From the NCBI GenBank assembly GCA_048013815.1, contig CM106585.1, positions 23,374,001 to 23,438,000 on the forward strand: 64,000 bases of DNA, read 5' to 3'. The position numbers were made by a program, and so were the translations under genes. Below are positions 1 through 13,898 of this stretch, one piece after another (the first letter of the stretch is position 1; each line of letters begins with the position of its first letter). Source of the stretch: Setoptus koraiensis. Its lineage: Eukaryota > Animalia > Arthropoda. The notes under the pieces were generated by a model. That model was not told the DNA's origin, searched no databases, and was given only the letters and a program-made list of their open reading frames with translations.

Positions 1-132
1 GAGGTCCATTCAAGCACGAAATTGCCATCTTTTCTCCAAAATCATCACCTGACGCACTCACACATCCTATATGAGATCAGCATCAAGCAAAGTCAAACAA
101 CGGTTAAAGTCAGTAAAGCAAACATTTTCATC

Positions 133-462
133 ATGTCTAAATATCTACCAATGATTGTCTTGTTAGCCGTGTTGGTCATGGCCTCTAACCAATCAAACCA
201 GCAACCGTCAATCACTCTAAACAATCGTGGAATCACTATAACCAATAGTTCAATCCAACTCACCAACGTCGCCAACTCAAAAATATGTGTTGGCGACTTT
301 AGTTGTAGCAACATTCCAATTTCACCAAATGTTTACCAGACAATCGCTGAGGGCATAAAAAATTTATATCAATTGTTCATATCTAATACGACAACATTAC
401 ATGAGATGGCGCGGTTAAACGGGACCCGGACTTTCGATCCAGCAACATCCAGCGACACCTAG
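133..462 (+). CDS. small secreted orphan protein (109 aa)
   Basis: ATG at 133 inside ORF 22..462. N-terminus MSKYLPMIVLLAVLVMASNQS looks like a signal peptide. Two Cys (CVGDFSC) and several N-x-S/T sequons. No family recognised. Confidence 0.55.
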   Translation: MSKYLPMIVLLAVLVMASNQSNQQPSITLNNRGITITNSSIQLTNVANSKICVGDFSCSNIPISPNVYQTIAEGIKNLYQLFISNTTTLHEMARLNGTRTFDPATSSDT

Positions 463-3334
463 GATATTTCCTAATCAATAAAACAGTATCTCCGGTCAAA
501 TTACTGTGTCTCAAAATTTCTGTTCGTATTTATCTGGCCGTTGGTTCAATTCAATTTCATTTCCAGTTTTTTTCGTCTATTTGACAAATTGTTTCACCAT
601 TGTTTGATTGCTCAACTATCTAATATGTATAAATGATGATTGTGGAAAGAAATCTCACAATTCAGCTGTGTGTTGTTTATATCCAGCCGCTTCGCCGGTG
701 GAAATAGTGATCGTATTAGTTGAACATTAGAAAATATTCAACAGGCAACAAGTCACTTGAGCATAAGTAATACATAATATTACGTAATATTTGTCGCATA
801 ACCATTTATGTGTGTGTTTGTGCGTTTATCCGACTAACAGAAACAAGATACTTGAAGTTGACGACACAAGCCATTGCTCAACGGATGGCTACTTAAGATT
901 ATGTTAATTAGTCATGTTTAGGTTGAAATGCGAAGGAAAGCGCTTCCGAAGACTGCACTGCGAATCGTAGGTCTTTCAACACGTAACTCACATTGAATTT
1001 ATAGTTGTTTGGTCGGTTGAACATGAAAGATGATCCATCAATCACTTTTGAATAACATAACAACAACTTAATTTGATTTTATTGATAAATACAACGACTC
1101 AATGATTATAACAACTAAAATAATGATAGTGATGAACTGACTCTACAGCGCGGATAAACTCACAGCTAGAGATTTTGATAAAAACACACACACACACATC
1201 CCAGCGATACTTGTAATTTTTATAAATCCTAATTGATATCATCCAGCGCAAATCCATGAGCTTGTCTAGTAAATACGAAGACAAATAGTTACTATGACTC
1301 GAGCGATCACATACACGTCCTGTTGTCGTATGTTGTTGGATCTTGTGGCAGCAATGATAGCTTAAGATATTCGCAATGTCTTAAAATATGGGACGAATTA
1401 TTATTTTCAGTTATCATTAGTTTGTGTTGTGTGTCTCAAACAGGTAAAAGTTACAGCTCGCTGCCAGTCACAAATTAAAAGGATTGAAAAAACACACAAG
1501 TGAAATTAATTATCTACAGGTGATTATATGGTAGCATCGGGAGAACAAGAGACGAATTTTCACCTCGCTTATCGGGCATTCTTCACAACTATACTATTAT
1601 GGTATAAGCCATATTTTAAATAACTACATCATTAATTGTGCATTGTGGCATGGCTGCGAATAAATTATAATACTTATATGGAGAGATAATTCATTTCCAA
1701 TCGACAACCACAACACCAACAGCACACGATGATACGATTCATAATTACATAACATTATTAACATAAGGGTTCATTATTATTGGACTGATATCCCAACAGT
1801 GTTATTATTTTATTATAGTGATATTGCATATTTGAACTATCCACACGAACACAATCTTCGAATGTTGATTTTAAAACAAATCATTAGTCATCATTTAATT
1901 TCAATTTCTTAATTAGCTAAATATGTTATGATCAATCAAGATAAAGCCATGAGCATTCAAGTTTGTAACGCTAATGAGGCATCTGAAATACAAAAGACAA
2001 TGGCAGAATCTTCTCTGTTACCTACTTTATCTTGGTAACCTAACCTAATTCAATCATCGTTAATTGAAAAAAAAAACAAGAATTCAATAATTTGAATAAT
2101 TTGAAACAACTTGGATCAACATCGGTGTTTTAAGCATTCAAGAAATTTCTAAAATCACCATTCACCATTGACAGTCTCAAACATTAGTAATTGGTCTGAA
2201 TATCCGATTGCATCAATAATCAGATGCTTTGTACCTCCTATTAATTAATTGTTATGCAATCAACTGATCACGTTCTACATAAATTTCGTGTTGGTTTCAA
2301 GTTTTCCCTATGATGATGAACCAATAGCGATAAATAGTGAATAATAAGTAGTAATTATTAGTGTAAGTTTTGGTTTCTAGTGCGTTACAGTATTATTATA
2401 CACAGTGTAAACAATATGGCAAAAGTTTCTGTCATAAAAGTCAACATGACTAACTACTCTAACATTGACTTTTATATATATTTCGAAATGGTATGAGCAA
2501 TTGTAGCAGAGTTATGTTAGCTGCGTTTGATGAGAAAATATTTTCGTCTATCGTTTTTGTATTGTGTAAAACTGGCCGAGAAAGTCAAAGTTAGAATGAG
2601 TCGCAATCAAATGTAATATTTATATATATATATATATATATATTTATGTGTACATGTGGTTATTTATGAATTGTGATGGACGCTCGAATAGAAACTAGAT
2701 ATACGATAGTGTTGAATAATTGTTGATATCGTTCAATTTCACCATTGGAATGAATTCATTTTGAGTCAACTCACATTTGTGCGAGCTCATTCATTATCAA
2801 TTATATTCTATTATCTTTTGTCATGAAGCCATTCACATAATAACATTCATCAAGTGTCATCGCTATCGTCATTGTTATAATTTATTGTTTTAAACTACTT
2901 CATCATCTATAACCAGACACATAGCACCCATTTATCATAATTATATTTATCTCCATTGGACATATTCAAAGTTTGTTTGTATGTGCGATCTATAGCAATT
3001 GCATTTATACCGATCACGTAACATGGATCAGAGTGGTAACTTGATTAAATATTCAATCCAAACTTTAAGACAACTTTATTTAAACTAGCGCCAACATTAC
3101 TACAATTGCAACTCATTGTTAGCTGAAAATTCGTAATAATGTTATTAAACATTCACATAGTAGATTACATCATTGATTATACGCTAGATGAATATGCGAA
3201 AATATTGAATTTCGAATTAAACTCTGCAGCCATGTGGACTATTGCAACAAATAATAGTGGTATAAATAACGAAGCGAAATTACTCACACAGAGAGTAAAA
3301 CAATTTAACGTTTGTATCAGAAGTACAAGTGGCA

Positions 3335-6093
3335 ATGATTGAATTGAAAAAACAAGCTCATCTAGAATGTCCTTCAACAACATCGATCAATACAATAGAC
3401 GACGTAAATAACAATTTTTCTTCAATTGATCAAGCACATGATCAAATGACAATCAAAACAAATCCGATTATTCAATCAACAAGACAATCAGACACATTGA
3501 CAGAATTAAATGATGTGCCACATCCGGTGGCCACTCCAAAGTCTATTGTGAGATATTGTGTCGCATCATTAGGATTAACATGTGCTGTGGTGTCATGCTA
3601 CGCGCAAATGGTATTTTGTATAGCAATAGTTGAGATGGTTTTGCCCTCTCATGAGGATTATAATAACAAAAGTTCAATTGTTTATCATTCAAATAACTCA
3701 TTGAACTCTTTAGACTATTTACAGCAACAATACAATCAAGTCACCTGTCCAATAGACCTAAACTACAAGTCATTTTATGATGAATGGAGATTCGGCAACA
3801 ACAGCAATACAATTTCCACAAGCAATCATGATAATCATCCCAAAACAGATACCAGACAGCAACTCAAATCACTGTTTGAACAACGGGATAAATTCAATTG
3901 GGACGCTAGCCAACAAGGTACCGATTGCGCCATCTATTCTGATTGAATAATGGCCCCTTCTTTTGCTAAAGTTGCACAAGGGCCCCTGAATGCCAGCCTA
4001 ACTAAACTGAATCTCAGTCAAATCATCTAATCATCTGTCTCCCCTTTCAACATATCCGTATATCCATATATGTCCATGTATATCCGTGTTTATTCATATA
4101 TCGCACACGATCAGGAATATTGTTGGGTGCCTTCGCTGTGGGCGCAGCGCCTCTACAAGTTTTCGGGGGCCGCATGGCCGAAATTTATGGCGCCAAATGG
4201 GTACTGTTTGCGGCGGGATTTGGCACTGCCATAACAAATTTTTTAATACCTCACATTGCCCATTATAGTTATTATCTGTTGATTGTAGTCAGGATCTTCA
4301 TGGGTATTTCGCAATCTGGCATGGAATCTGCACTGATGTGTTTATTTGCCGAGTGGCTCGCACCAGCTGAAACAAGTTTTTTCATTTCACTGCTTCTATT
4401 TGCCATTTGTATCGGTGGCTTCCTAGGTTCGTTGTGTTCGGCCTATCTGTTGACATTCGGATTGGGCTGGCACATCACCTATTACGTGGCATCGGGCTTG
4501 AGTTTTGTGTGGTCGATATTGTGGCTTACATTTGCCACCAGCAGACCCCAGGATCACAAGCTACTGCCTAAACAAGAATTAAATTATATACTGAACAAGC
4601 AACGAAGACAGTTACGCAATAATCGTAATAATCACCAACAATCGGATGCATCATTTACCATTGATCCTTTCGCAATCACCAAAAACAACAACAACAACAA
4701 CAACAACAACAAAGATGATGACAGTAACTCAACAACAGCCGATCAAGTGCATTCGAAAGAATCCTCAATTTTCACTACAGAGCAGCCAGTAGTGAAAATT
4801 GAGGCGCCACCTGTTACCAATTGTGTTCTCATATCTCCAGCTAAAAGTTTCTCAGTTTGCAAAAACAATTCAACAGCAACAACCACAACAACAAAGACAA
4901 AATCTGCACCATGGCTAAACATATTGACCACTCCACAAGTTTGGGTATTTATTGTAACAAAGATATCCGTTAGATGGTGCGCCGATGTTATGACAATGGA
5001 ACTTCCTACTTATTTGTCAAACGTGCTTCATCTGTCCATCCAATTGAACGGATTATTAAATTCAATATCGGCAGCCTTGTTTGCGATATTCAGCTTCATA
5101 TCTGGTTGCGTTGCAAACAAACTACTGAAAGGCAGACCAGGCAATCTATCTAAAACAACCATACGAAAAATGATCCAAGGATTTGCCAGTTTTGGTGGGG
5201 CATTGGGACTGTTTCTGATGACCACATATGATTGTAATCTAATTGTTACAATATCAATGTTGATGCTATTATCCTGTTGTCTTGTATTTGGCACGGGCGG
5301 CGAATTGCAAATACCCTTCGATATGACATCGGAATATCCGGGCACTCTGCACGGATTGGCCTGCTCGCTGTCCGTAAGTGGCTGGTTGGCGCCTCCGCTG
5401 GTGGGTCTAGTTTTGGGCGACCAGCCGAACAGTCGGACCCGATGGAGCATAGTTTGGTATTCGACAGCGTTTATGAGTTTCGTTGGAGGATTGGTGTTTG
5501 TTTTGTTTGCCGACGCAAGACCAATAGATTTTACAATTGATAGCAATATTAATAGCAATAGCAGTAATCGAGCCATCGATGATGACAGTGATCTCATTAG
5601 AAAAGACAGCAAACGACAGCAAGATGAAGTGAAGCTAAAAAGCACTGATGGCGTTAGCTCATACACAAGCAACACAAAAAATGGGGCCACTGATAATGCT
5701 GGGGCCGGCCCACAGTCAGCATTAAAGCATAATCAGTTGACTATAACCAACAACAACAAGTGTATCGTATCTAGTGTAGAAAATTCATTTAATTTGGACA
5801 CATCAACAACAACGACAATGGGAAAAGACAATGACGCAAATGACAATAACGCACAAACAAATAATGAAATTAACAGCATCGTCTATGATAATAAATGCGC
5901 AGCGAAACGACTATTACGCTATCTACTATGCTCGCAATACCACCAATCAATGGATCAAATGAATATTAATGGTCAATTGGTGAAATGCAACAAACAACAT
6001 AATGTTAGTGACAATTTAGTAGTAAATGAACCTGTTGTCATGTCCACAAACAACACTTGGTCCAATGATTACATAACAATAACACACTTATAA
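3335..6093 (+). CDS. SLC17/sialin-like MFS (anion:cation symporter family) transporter, 853 aa
   Basis: join(3335..3917,4115..6093), phase-1 GT..CAG intron. The junction restores WDASQQGILLGAF...QVFGGRMAEIYGAK, the SLC17 TM2-3 signature. Also LIVVRIFMG and W..P.E motifs, about 12 hydrophobic segments, and Asn-rich loop and tail. Confidence 0.85.
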
Positions 6094-6891
6094 TCTAACT
6101 ATGATACTCAAGCTGTTGCTTCGCTGCGTCTACTTTGACCCTCCTGACGACGTGTCTTAAATTACAATTAGCATTATTTAGGTTTTTCTATGATAAATTC
6201 AAGCATCTATATTTAGTGAACATTTACAGAGAACATATTTAGAGAATGGTCAAGGAATGACAATTGTTGCTCAATTGTTTTAAATCTGAACAAATCTGTA
6301 ATCATTGTCATCTACGGAAATCACCCATTTTCATATTTGTGAAAGATTTCTGGCCATAATAATAATAAAGCCACCTTTCTTCAGTCTGTAGCGTTTGTTT
6401 TCAGAATGTCACCTATTCCAGTTTGACAAGAGACTGAAATACTGATTTAAGTTCATATCATCATAAGTATCTACCAGTACATTCGTAACCGAATTGATAG
6501 ATAGCATACATTGCGAGATTCTCACTTTAATTAATTCCGTGCGTTACAGGCAGTTGAACATGATAAAACATCGATTCATTCCATTATTTACATTCGAAAG
6601 TATTCTGTATCAAGTCATTAATACTTATAGTTTGTAAAATAAGAAATCTCTTGTAACCTAAAATCTAATGGTTGCCCCGAGTTTAATAAGTGTGATTATA
6701 TTGCAGTTTGAATAACAGTTTCTATTCACATATAGTCTTGTCAGTTTGAAGTTCCATGTTCTTGCTGCAGGCGATTGTGAGCTGTCATTATCGCACATTT
6801 GCGCTCAATTTATTCGCCACCAAAAGCCAACAATATTGCTAACAATTTTTTTCTCTAGTGATTGTGGTCATAATCATTATAATTATAATTG

Positions 6892-9094
6892 TTAATTAAT
6901 CAATAATATCTTGTCGAAATGATATATATAAAAACACGCAGCGAGGGCAGCATAAAATATGATGAAAGAATGGTCAATTAATTGTGTTGTTGCCCCGGAA
7001 GTCAGATCATTGTCGCTTTCAATTGCCATGTTATTCAATGGAAATGAGGCCATAATTGGCCTACCACGAGTAGACTGCCTGTGTCTAATGTTAGGCATTA
7101 TTTTAAACACAACTTCGGATGGACTATCGTCCTCTCTACCGTGTTCCATCCTTGCATAGATATTCCTAAACATCTCCATCTATGCTCGAATGTGAGTTTG
7201 TGTTTGTGGCAACATTATTATTTGAAAAGTTATATGATTGATTAGTTTTATATTATAATTAGCCTATCAGTTGATGAAAAATTGGCAACAGAGTATAAGC
7301 TCACCTGTTTCGCGTTTATATAAACTCTTTCGTGCATTACAATCCAGTTAACAACCTCATAACATGGCGGCGTGGTCAATGATCCTGGATAGGTGTAAAA
7401 TTTTGTCCTATCATTGGGAAGAAGATCATTGATGGCGCGGTATTCTAATTCTTGACTGGTGTCTGACATGTTGATGCTGGTGAGAGTATTCACAATCGGA
7501 TTTAGATTGGCGTTGCTCTTACGAAAAGACTAGATACATAATAACATAATAAATGCATGTGAATAATTAGTAGATGGGCGAGAGTTAATTGAATGACAAA
7601 CCCGTTGACCCGTTGATAGTTATATAACAAGTGGACAAATAATATCGACTTACCTCTATCAGCACGGCTATCACCACCACAGAGTCCGAGTTGTATCCTA
7701 TTTGATCCTTTTTCAGTCCCTTCTTTATATGAACCAAATGCATCTGAATGAGAATGATGACGAAAGCAGATCGTGTTATCAATACACATAACATAATATA
7801 TAAAATATAATCATATCACAACCATCATCAATATGTTATATCGATGTGTTGGCAGTGTTGCCAATTACCTCCATGGCCGACTTGCGTCCGTCAATCAAAT
7901 GCTCTGAGCCGTTGTCCTTGCTGATGCCCCAATGAAAGTGAATATCATGCAATCTGTACTCGTTGTTGTGATCATCCATCCAGTCCAATCTGATCATAGG
8001 TACGTCGTCGTATGGCAGTTTTTGTTGTTTATTATAATTGTCCAAATCAGCATCTCCTGTAAAGGAATTCTCTCTGATGCCATTATTTTCATGATCACTA
8101 TGACCGTTTTGTGTCATCTTGTTATTATTGCCATTACTATTGATTGTCGTGCCAGGTAACTTCGAAATAAGTAACGGATCCGACGAGTTACTATTAGACA
8201 GCGAGTTATTGTTTGATCTCTTAGTATTATGTTGTTGTTTTGAATCTGTTCGGGGGACAGCGTCGCCGCTAGAGTAGACAGTATTATCGGCCTGATTTCT
8301 ACCTAAGGTATTGTGCTGCAATCTGGAACCGTCCTTAGCTTGTGGCAAATACGAGCTAGGCTCAGCCTCATCTACTGTGTTAATGTCAAATTGTTGGGAT
8401 GATCCATAGTCGCTGTGTCTATCTAAAACGGGATTCATTTTGACTAAATTTTCATCAGGAAAAGCAGTGCGAGTGCAGATAGATTAGAAATCAATCAAGT
8501 CAACAAAATGAAAATACTAACTCATCGGATGAACGTGCCGAAAACTTACTTGTGTGATGGGCATTTTGAATAGTGAACTTTATGCTGCGATTATAATTGA
8601 AGAATTTCATTGTCAATTGACTATTTGTTATCACATTCTCTCTTTTAATATTTATTGGCGATTGTCTTTTAGATTGTTCGCCGCAAGTGGGGAAAAATTG
8701 ATGCCATTCGTTTTGTTTAGAATAGGACCATTCCTCTCGGCGTGGCGATGTATTGTGATCTATGAAAAAGGCTCCGCTGAAGAGAGCTACATTGGATATA
8801 TAGCAAAACACACACAGTGATACATAATGAGTAATGAGTCACAACAAATTAATTAATTAACTACAAATTATTCTTAACTGCAAATAAACTAAACACAACA
8901 TGAAATAATACTACAATAGCACGCGCCTCACACAGCACAAATGACAAAAGATTTTCAATACTGAAACTGTGAATTTCATGCTACATAAATAGATACTTAC
9001 GTATTAATACTATCAAACATAACAACAACAAAAACAAACGAATGCTTGGGGCCCCAAATAACAGGGACTCGAATATGATATGATAACGGTTCAT
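6892..9094 (-). CDS. alpha-carbonic anhydrase, secreted/membrane-anchored, 493 aa, 6 exons
   Basis: complement(join(6892..7179,7305..7529,7654..7743,7869..8443,8550..8759,9001..9094)); all intron phases are compatible. Motifs WSY, QSPINI, HFHWG, SEH, EMHLVH and GSLTTPPC..V.WIV. Hydrophobic N- and C-termini. Confidence 0.9.
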
Positions 9095-10642
9095 GTTGAC
9101 TTTAGTTTATTGTTTAGGTGAATGTGCAATGTAGAAGCAATCAATTAAGAATATTATCTTGAATATCTATTATTTCCTGCGCTATCTGAACACACACACA
9201 CATGCACGCGGCAAATAACTTGTGGTTGTTTGTGTATCATCAAATGGCGTGATTGAGGTGAGATCGCAATAAGCTAATGGTATTGCAATGGTATGTGGTT
9301 TCTTGTCTAGTTATGTCACTCAATGATGCTACTATAAACAGACGCATAGACGAAATCAAGGTGATTCATGTTTATTTGCGTCGGGGCTGCCAATTGATCA
9401 CATCAAAACAAACATTTGCATTAATGTTTATCGCTATTGTTGCTATTTTTGTTGCTACAGCCACTGACTGAAATTAGTTACACGTTTCACTGTTCGCCTT
9501 TATTTCAATTAGATATGCTTATGGTGAAACGTTTTCAATTATGCGAAACAATAGACTGCGAACCAACAATCACAATGGTGGTGACATTACACAATTACTG
9601 TAATCTAATTTTTTGTCGCTTCATTCATGTGATGCGCTATGCGCTGCAAGAAACAAAGAGAGATAATTAGAGCGCTCTAATTATCTAATTTTATTATCAT
9701 CGCCGATGGTGTGATGTGATGAGCATCGTAGACTTGCATTGGATTGCATCGTTATATATGGATTAAATGTATTATATCATATGTATTGTCTGGGTTGCTG
9801 CTGCAAAGTTTATTGGTGTTGGCTAATTTTGTCTATTTGTTTGCTAGACTAGGCTGCTGTATTGGTATGAAATTGGTAGTCAGTATCATCATTATCATCT
9901 CTATTATTAATCTCCTCTAACTTGTTACTATATGCATTGGTGCAATATTGCTAGATTGTCTAGATAGCTGCAGCGTTCAAGTGAATAAGTGAGTGTCGAT
10001 TTGAAGTGACTAGTCATTAAGTGATCATCGACAACAGTGTTAGATCATCTACGCTGCGCCGCCATGAAACTAAATAACGACTTGACATTTAATGTCATGA
10101 TAATAAATGTTGCAATTAGAGATGATATATAACAACAATCTTATACATACACGAGAGTTACTATGGTAGCTAGCAGATAAACTCGTTGTTGCTCTTGACA
10201 CAAATGTTGACAATACTATCTATCACCGCTATCTGCTATTGCCAGCATTTCATTAATGGGCGCCTCGACTATTTTAACTAACTGTAATAATAATAAGCAG
10301 TTATATAACTGTAACTGAACTGTTATTTTCACTTGCTACTGCACAATAATAAAAATATGTGTGCAATTAGTTGTTATCATTATTATTTAACGTTGTATCT
10401 TTTGGCTGTTGCGAAGCATTATCAAGCTTTGGATAGATCAAGTTGAGCAGCTAATTCACAGTTGCAAACGTTGTTTGTTTGTTTGTTTGTTTCTCGTGTG
10501 TCGACACTCTAACTGATCAAAGACAAAAAATCAAGCGAATTGCCACTCTCGAATGCCACTACAATGCGCCGCGTGCGTCGATTGGCCAACAATGACTGCC
10601 TCATCCGTTCGCGTTTTCGTCGAAGCTTCTGTCCTCTCTGTC

Positions 10643-10643
10643 G

Positions 10644-10717
<74 letters not shown>

Positions 10718-10730
10718 GCTGCTGCTGCTG
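10643..10730. repeat. (GTT)~25 followed by (GCT)4 microsatellite
   Basis: Read directly from sequence; explains the overlapping poly-C/V/L/N ORFs. Confidence 0.95.
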
Positions 10731-11901
10731 CCGTTGATGATGCTGATGCCGATGCTACTGTCTCGCTGGATTGTCACAACAGCGGCAGCGACGAACAAAG
10801 CTGACGATACGCGATGGATGATGAAAACAAAACAGTATCTATCCGAGAGTATGCTCGCCTTTATCAATCGGGTTGTCATCTAAATACTGTCGCCAACAAC
10901 AACAAAATTGAATAATAATGACACGACGATAACGCTATTCATAAATACTATTCAACGTGAGTATATTCATTCAGTTTGGCGTTGCGCCGCGTAGTGATAA
11001 TCCTCTTACGTGCGAGCTGAGATGCTGTTGTTGTTGTCGTTGCTGTTGTTGTTGTTGTTGTTGTTGTTTGTCACAAGAACGAACACAAACGACGATTCGC
11101 AGATTGGTTAGCTGGTGCCCAGCAGTCGCGAGTGAGATGCTATGCAGCCTCACTGACACACAGCGACGGGGTTCGAATGGATGTATGACGATGATTATCT
11201 TGTATTATCTGTTGTGTATTATAGCTGCAGTTGGCTCTATCCCTTGCCACCAACGACAACTGCAACAAGAATACTGAACTTGACTTTGAAACTGACAACG
11301 CTGCCACTGATACTGCCAATGTCACCGTTATACACCTTGCCCTGCGTGTCACTGTCGTAATTTTGTCGCTCGAATCAGCTGCGCGCTCAAGAATTTTATC
11401 GCAACAAGCTCACTTCTGGTTGGTTTGCTCACTTTGTCACTAAACTGTCCCCAATGCTTTTGCTGCGTGGCTCTGTGGCGACACTACCAGCCACTATTTG
11501 CGGTTGTTGTCTCACTGCCGTCGTGTTATGTTGTGTCGTTGTGTCGTCGTGTTGTGTCGCTGTGCTGTTGCGTTGTTGCGTCGTTGTGCCATTGCGTCAT
11601 AACAGTAACTGCTGCCATAATGTATATAGCGACCACCTAGCGATTGCGCACTCGAAACTCATAGCGCACCATCACACAGTACATTGTGCAGTTAGCCTTC
11701 ACACTAGTGTGAGCGTTACGAGTGCTGTCAGTGCCATTTGTGAGCCTTTGTTTGTCGTCATAAGTTTGTGCTCGCTGCGAATAGACCTTGAAAAATATGA
11801 AAGAGGCGCCTTGATTTTCATCATGGTTGCGTCATATCAGCGGCCCATTGACAAAAGCCAGCTCGCTGGTAATTGTGTGTCGCGGGCCCAGCAAGCCCAT
11901 T

Positions 11902-11972
11902 TATCCGACTGCGACTATCCGACCACGACTATCCGACTAGGACTATCCGACCACGACTATCCGACTACGACT
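11902..11972. repeat. 14-bp minisatellite TATCCGACYRSGAC x5
   Basis: tatccgactgcgac / tatccgaccacgac / tatccgactaggac / tatccgaccacgac / tatccgactacgac. Confidence 0.9.
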
Positions 11973-13053
11973 GTGCGCAGGTTATTAATAGCGCCATACA
12001 ATCATTATGGGCTGCATTGGCTCACAACTTGACGCCATGCACACGGCTCCCTAATGAATACAATCAAAGACAGGAAGTTGCTTCATAAACAGAGATTCAT
12101 AAACAACAGCTAAAGATGAATAATCGTTATCGTGGCTGCAAATATCCACGTCTCATCTGACGATGATTGTGAGCACTCGGTGGGCAACGAGCTCCGTTCG
12201 TATCGCTGGCATGTGAATATAAACGCGTGTGTATTCACATTATATTCTCGGTGCAGAGATAATTCAAATTAAGCCTTCCCAAACAATGAAGTTCCGATGC
12301 ATTTGGCCAGCAGCTTTGTGTGTGTGTGTGTGTCAAGGCGACTACTACAGTGCGTATAGTGTAAAAGTGTGCCCATGATACATGTTGTAATGATAAAATG
12401 TTATCATTAGCGTCTATCGATTATCACGCAACTACACTCAACAACTTTTGCACTCACTTTGTATTTAGCACTTTTGTGATCGGCTTGTTACGTAAGTAGT
12501 GCCAACTTGCAACGTAAGTGGCGACACACAGCGGCCAGACACAGTGGCGCAAACAGGCGACAGTGCAAATAATATATAAATTGAAATTATTTGCACTGTT
12601 GTGTCATTGTGTGTGTGTGTGCCTCTGTCACGAACAACACTTGTCCTCGTCTATTGGTGCCGTGATTTACGCGTGAATACATAACTGGCCGCTGTTGTCG
12701 GCGCCGCCGGTGTGTTGTATCGTATACAACTTGTATGCGGGGGGGAGGGGGGCCCTGGCGAGAATGTAATCAGATTTCAGCACGCCACTCACGAATCTTT
12801 TCTCGCTACACTGGCTGCCAAACGGAACCGTTGCGTCACCATTGCGCTGGCTCGTTAGGGTCGCTGCAGTCCGACTGACGAGCAAATCTAATAATAGTAA
12901 TAACCTAATAACATGTATCACACCCATTTTACGTACGCTCGCAAGACACGACTGCGAAATACGCTCGCCAAACGGGCCTGCAAGAGTCCATCGCAGTTGG
13001 TTTGTTTCGGTTGGATATTGCAGTCGGATATTTCAGTTTGAGATTTCAGTCGC

Positions 13054-13109
13054 TTTATTTCGTTTGGTTTATTTCAGTTGGTTTATTTCGGTTGGTTTAT
13101 TTCAGTTGG
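13054..13109. repeat. 14-bp minisatellite TTTATTTCRKTTGG x4
   Basis: Four adjacent copies; degenerate copies extend upstream to about 13003. Confidence 0.9.
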
Positions 13110-13856
13110 TTTGTTGGGGCTTTCAGGTTGCAGTGGGCGCTTGCATTCGCAACAACTGACAGCGCCATATTGGCCGTTCCTTTTCGTGTTGGTTGGTTGG
13201 TTTGCCGTGCCCATATAGCACGGCAGCCTACAGTCAGTGTAGTACAGTGTGTGTTGTTGTGTATGTTGCCCGTATACTGTCGCTGTCGCTGTCGCTGTAG
13301 TTGTTGTAAATGCATGCCAGGCGAGCCGAATAAACGCCACACACAGCTGTCTGGCGAGGAATAAAATTTTATCCGTTGATGACAGATAATGTAAACATGT
13401 AAACATTATTATCATTTATTATTTATATGCGCGCGCTGTGCCATTGTATTGCATACGTTTATACATGCACTTGCGGCTCGCCAACCACTGCCAATTTACA
13501 ACAAATCGGATAGACCCTTCCAATACTTTTGCCAATATGACTGTGTAATACAGTAACAATATTTGTGCGCTCGTTTGCATTTGGCCACTGGCCGCTCGCT
13601 TGCCATTTGTCAGTCATTTTGTTGGCCGGGCCACTCAATCGCAAGTGTAAGCAAACATGCCCACGCTCGAGTCTCGAGACGCATGGCCCTGAGCAACTCC
13701 ATTCCGCTCACAAATCGTGCCTGGCCCCCTTTCCAAAGGCAAATCATTTCTATCTTGCCAAATGCATTTATTTGCAATATGATGATTGTGCCCGACACAG
13801 GCCAAACAAATGAGCGGCCCACTGGTGGAAATTGCGCCAGCCAGCAACCAGGCCAG

Positions 13857-13898
13857 CCAGCAATGAGGCCAGCGATGAGGCCAGCAATGAGGCCAGCG
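13857..13898. repeat. 12-bp minisatellite CCAGCRATGAGG x3.5
   Basis: Read directly from sequence. Confidence 0.85.

Noticed and set aside
1260-1900. Hydrophobic frames with a possible 77-nt intron (chemoreceptor-like remnant)
   Set aside because: No start-to-stop model, no diagnostic GR/IR motif, and AT-rich sequence readily gives hydrophobic translations.
5028-5690. 220-aa antisense ORF, and other antisense ORFs over PES1, EIF3L, HEX and SLX4
   Set aside because: These are shadow ORFs on the opposite strand of well-supported genes.
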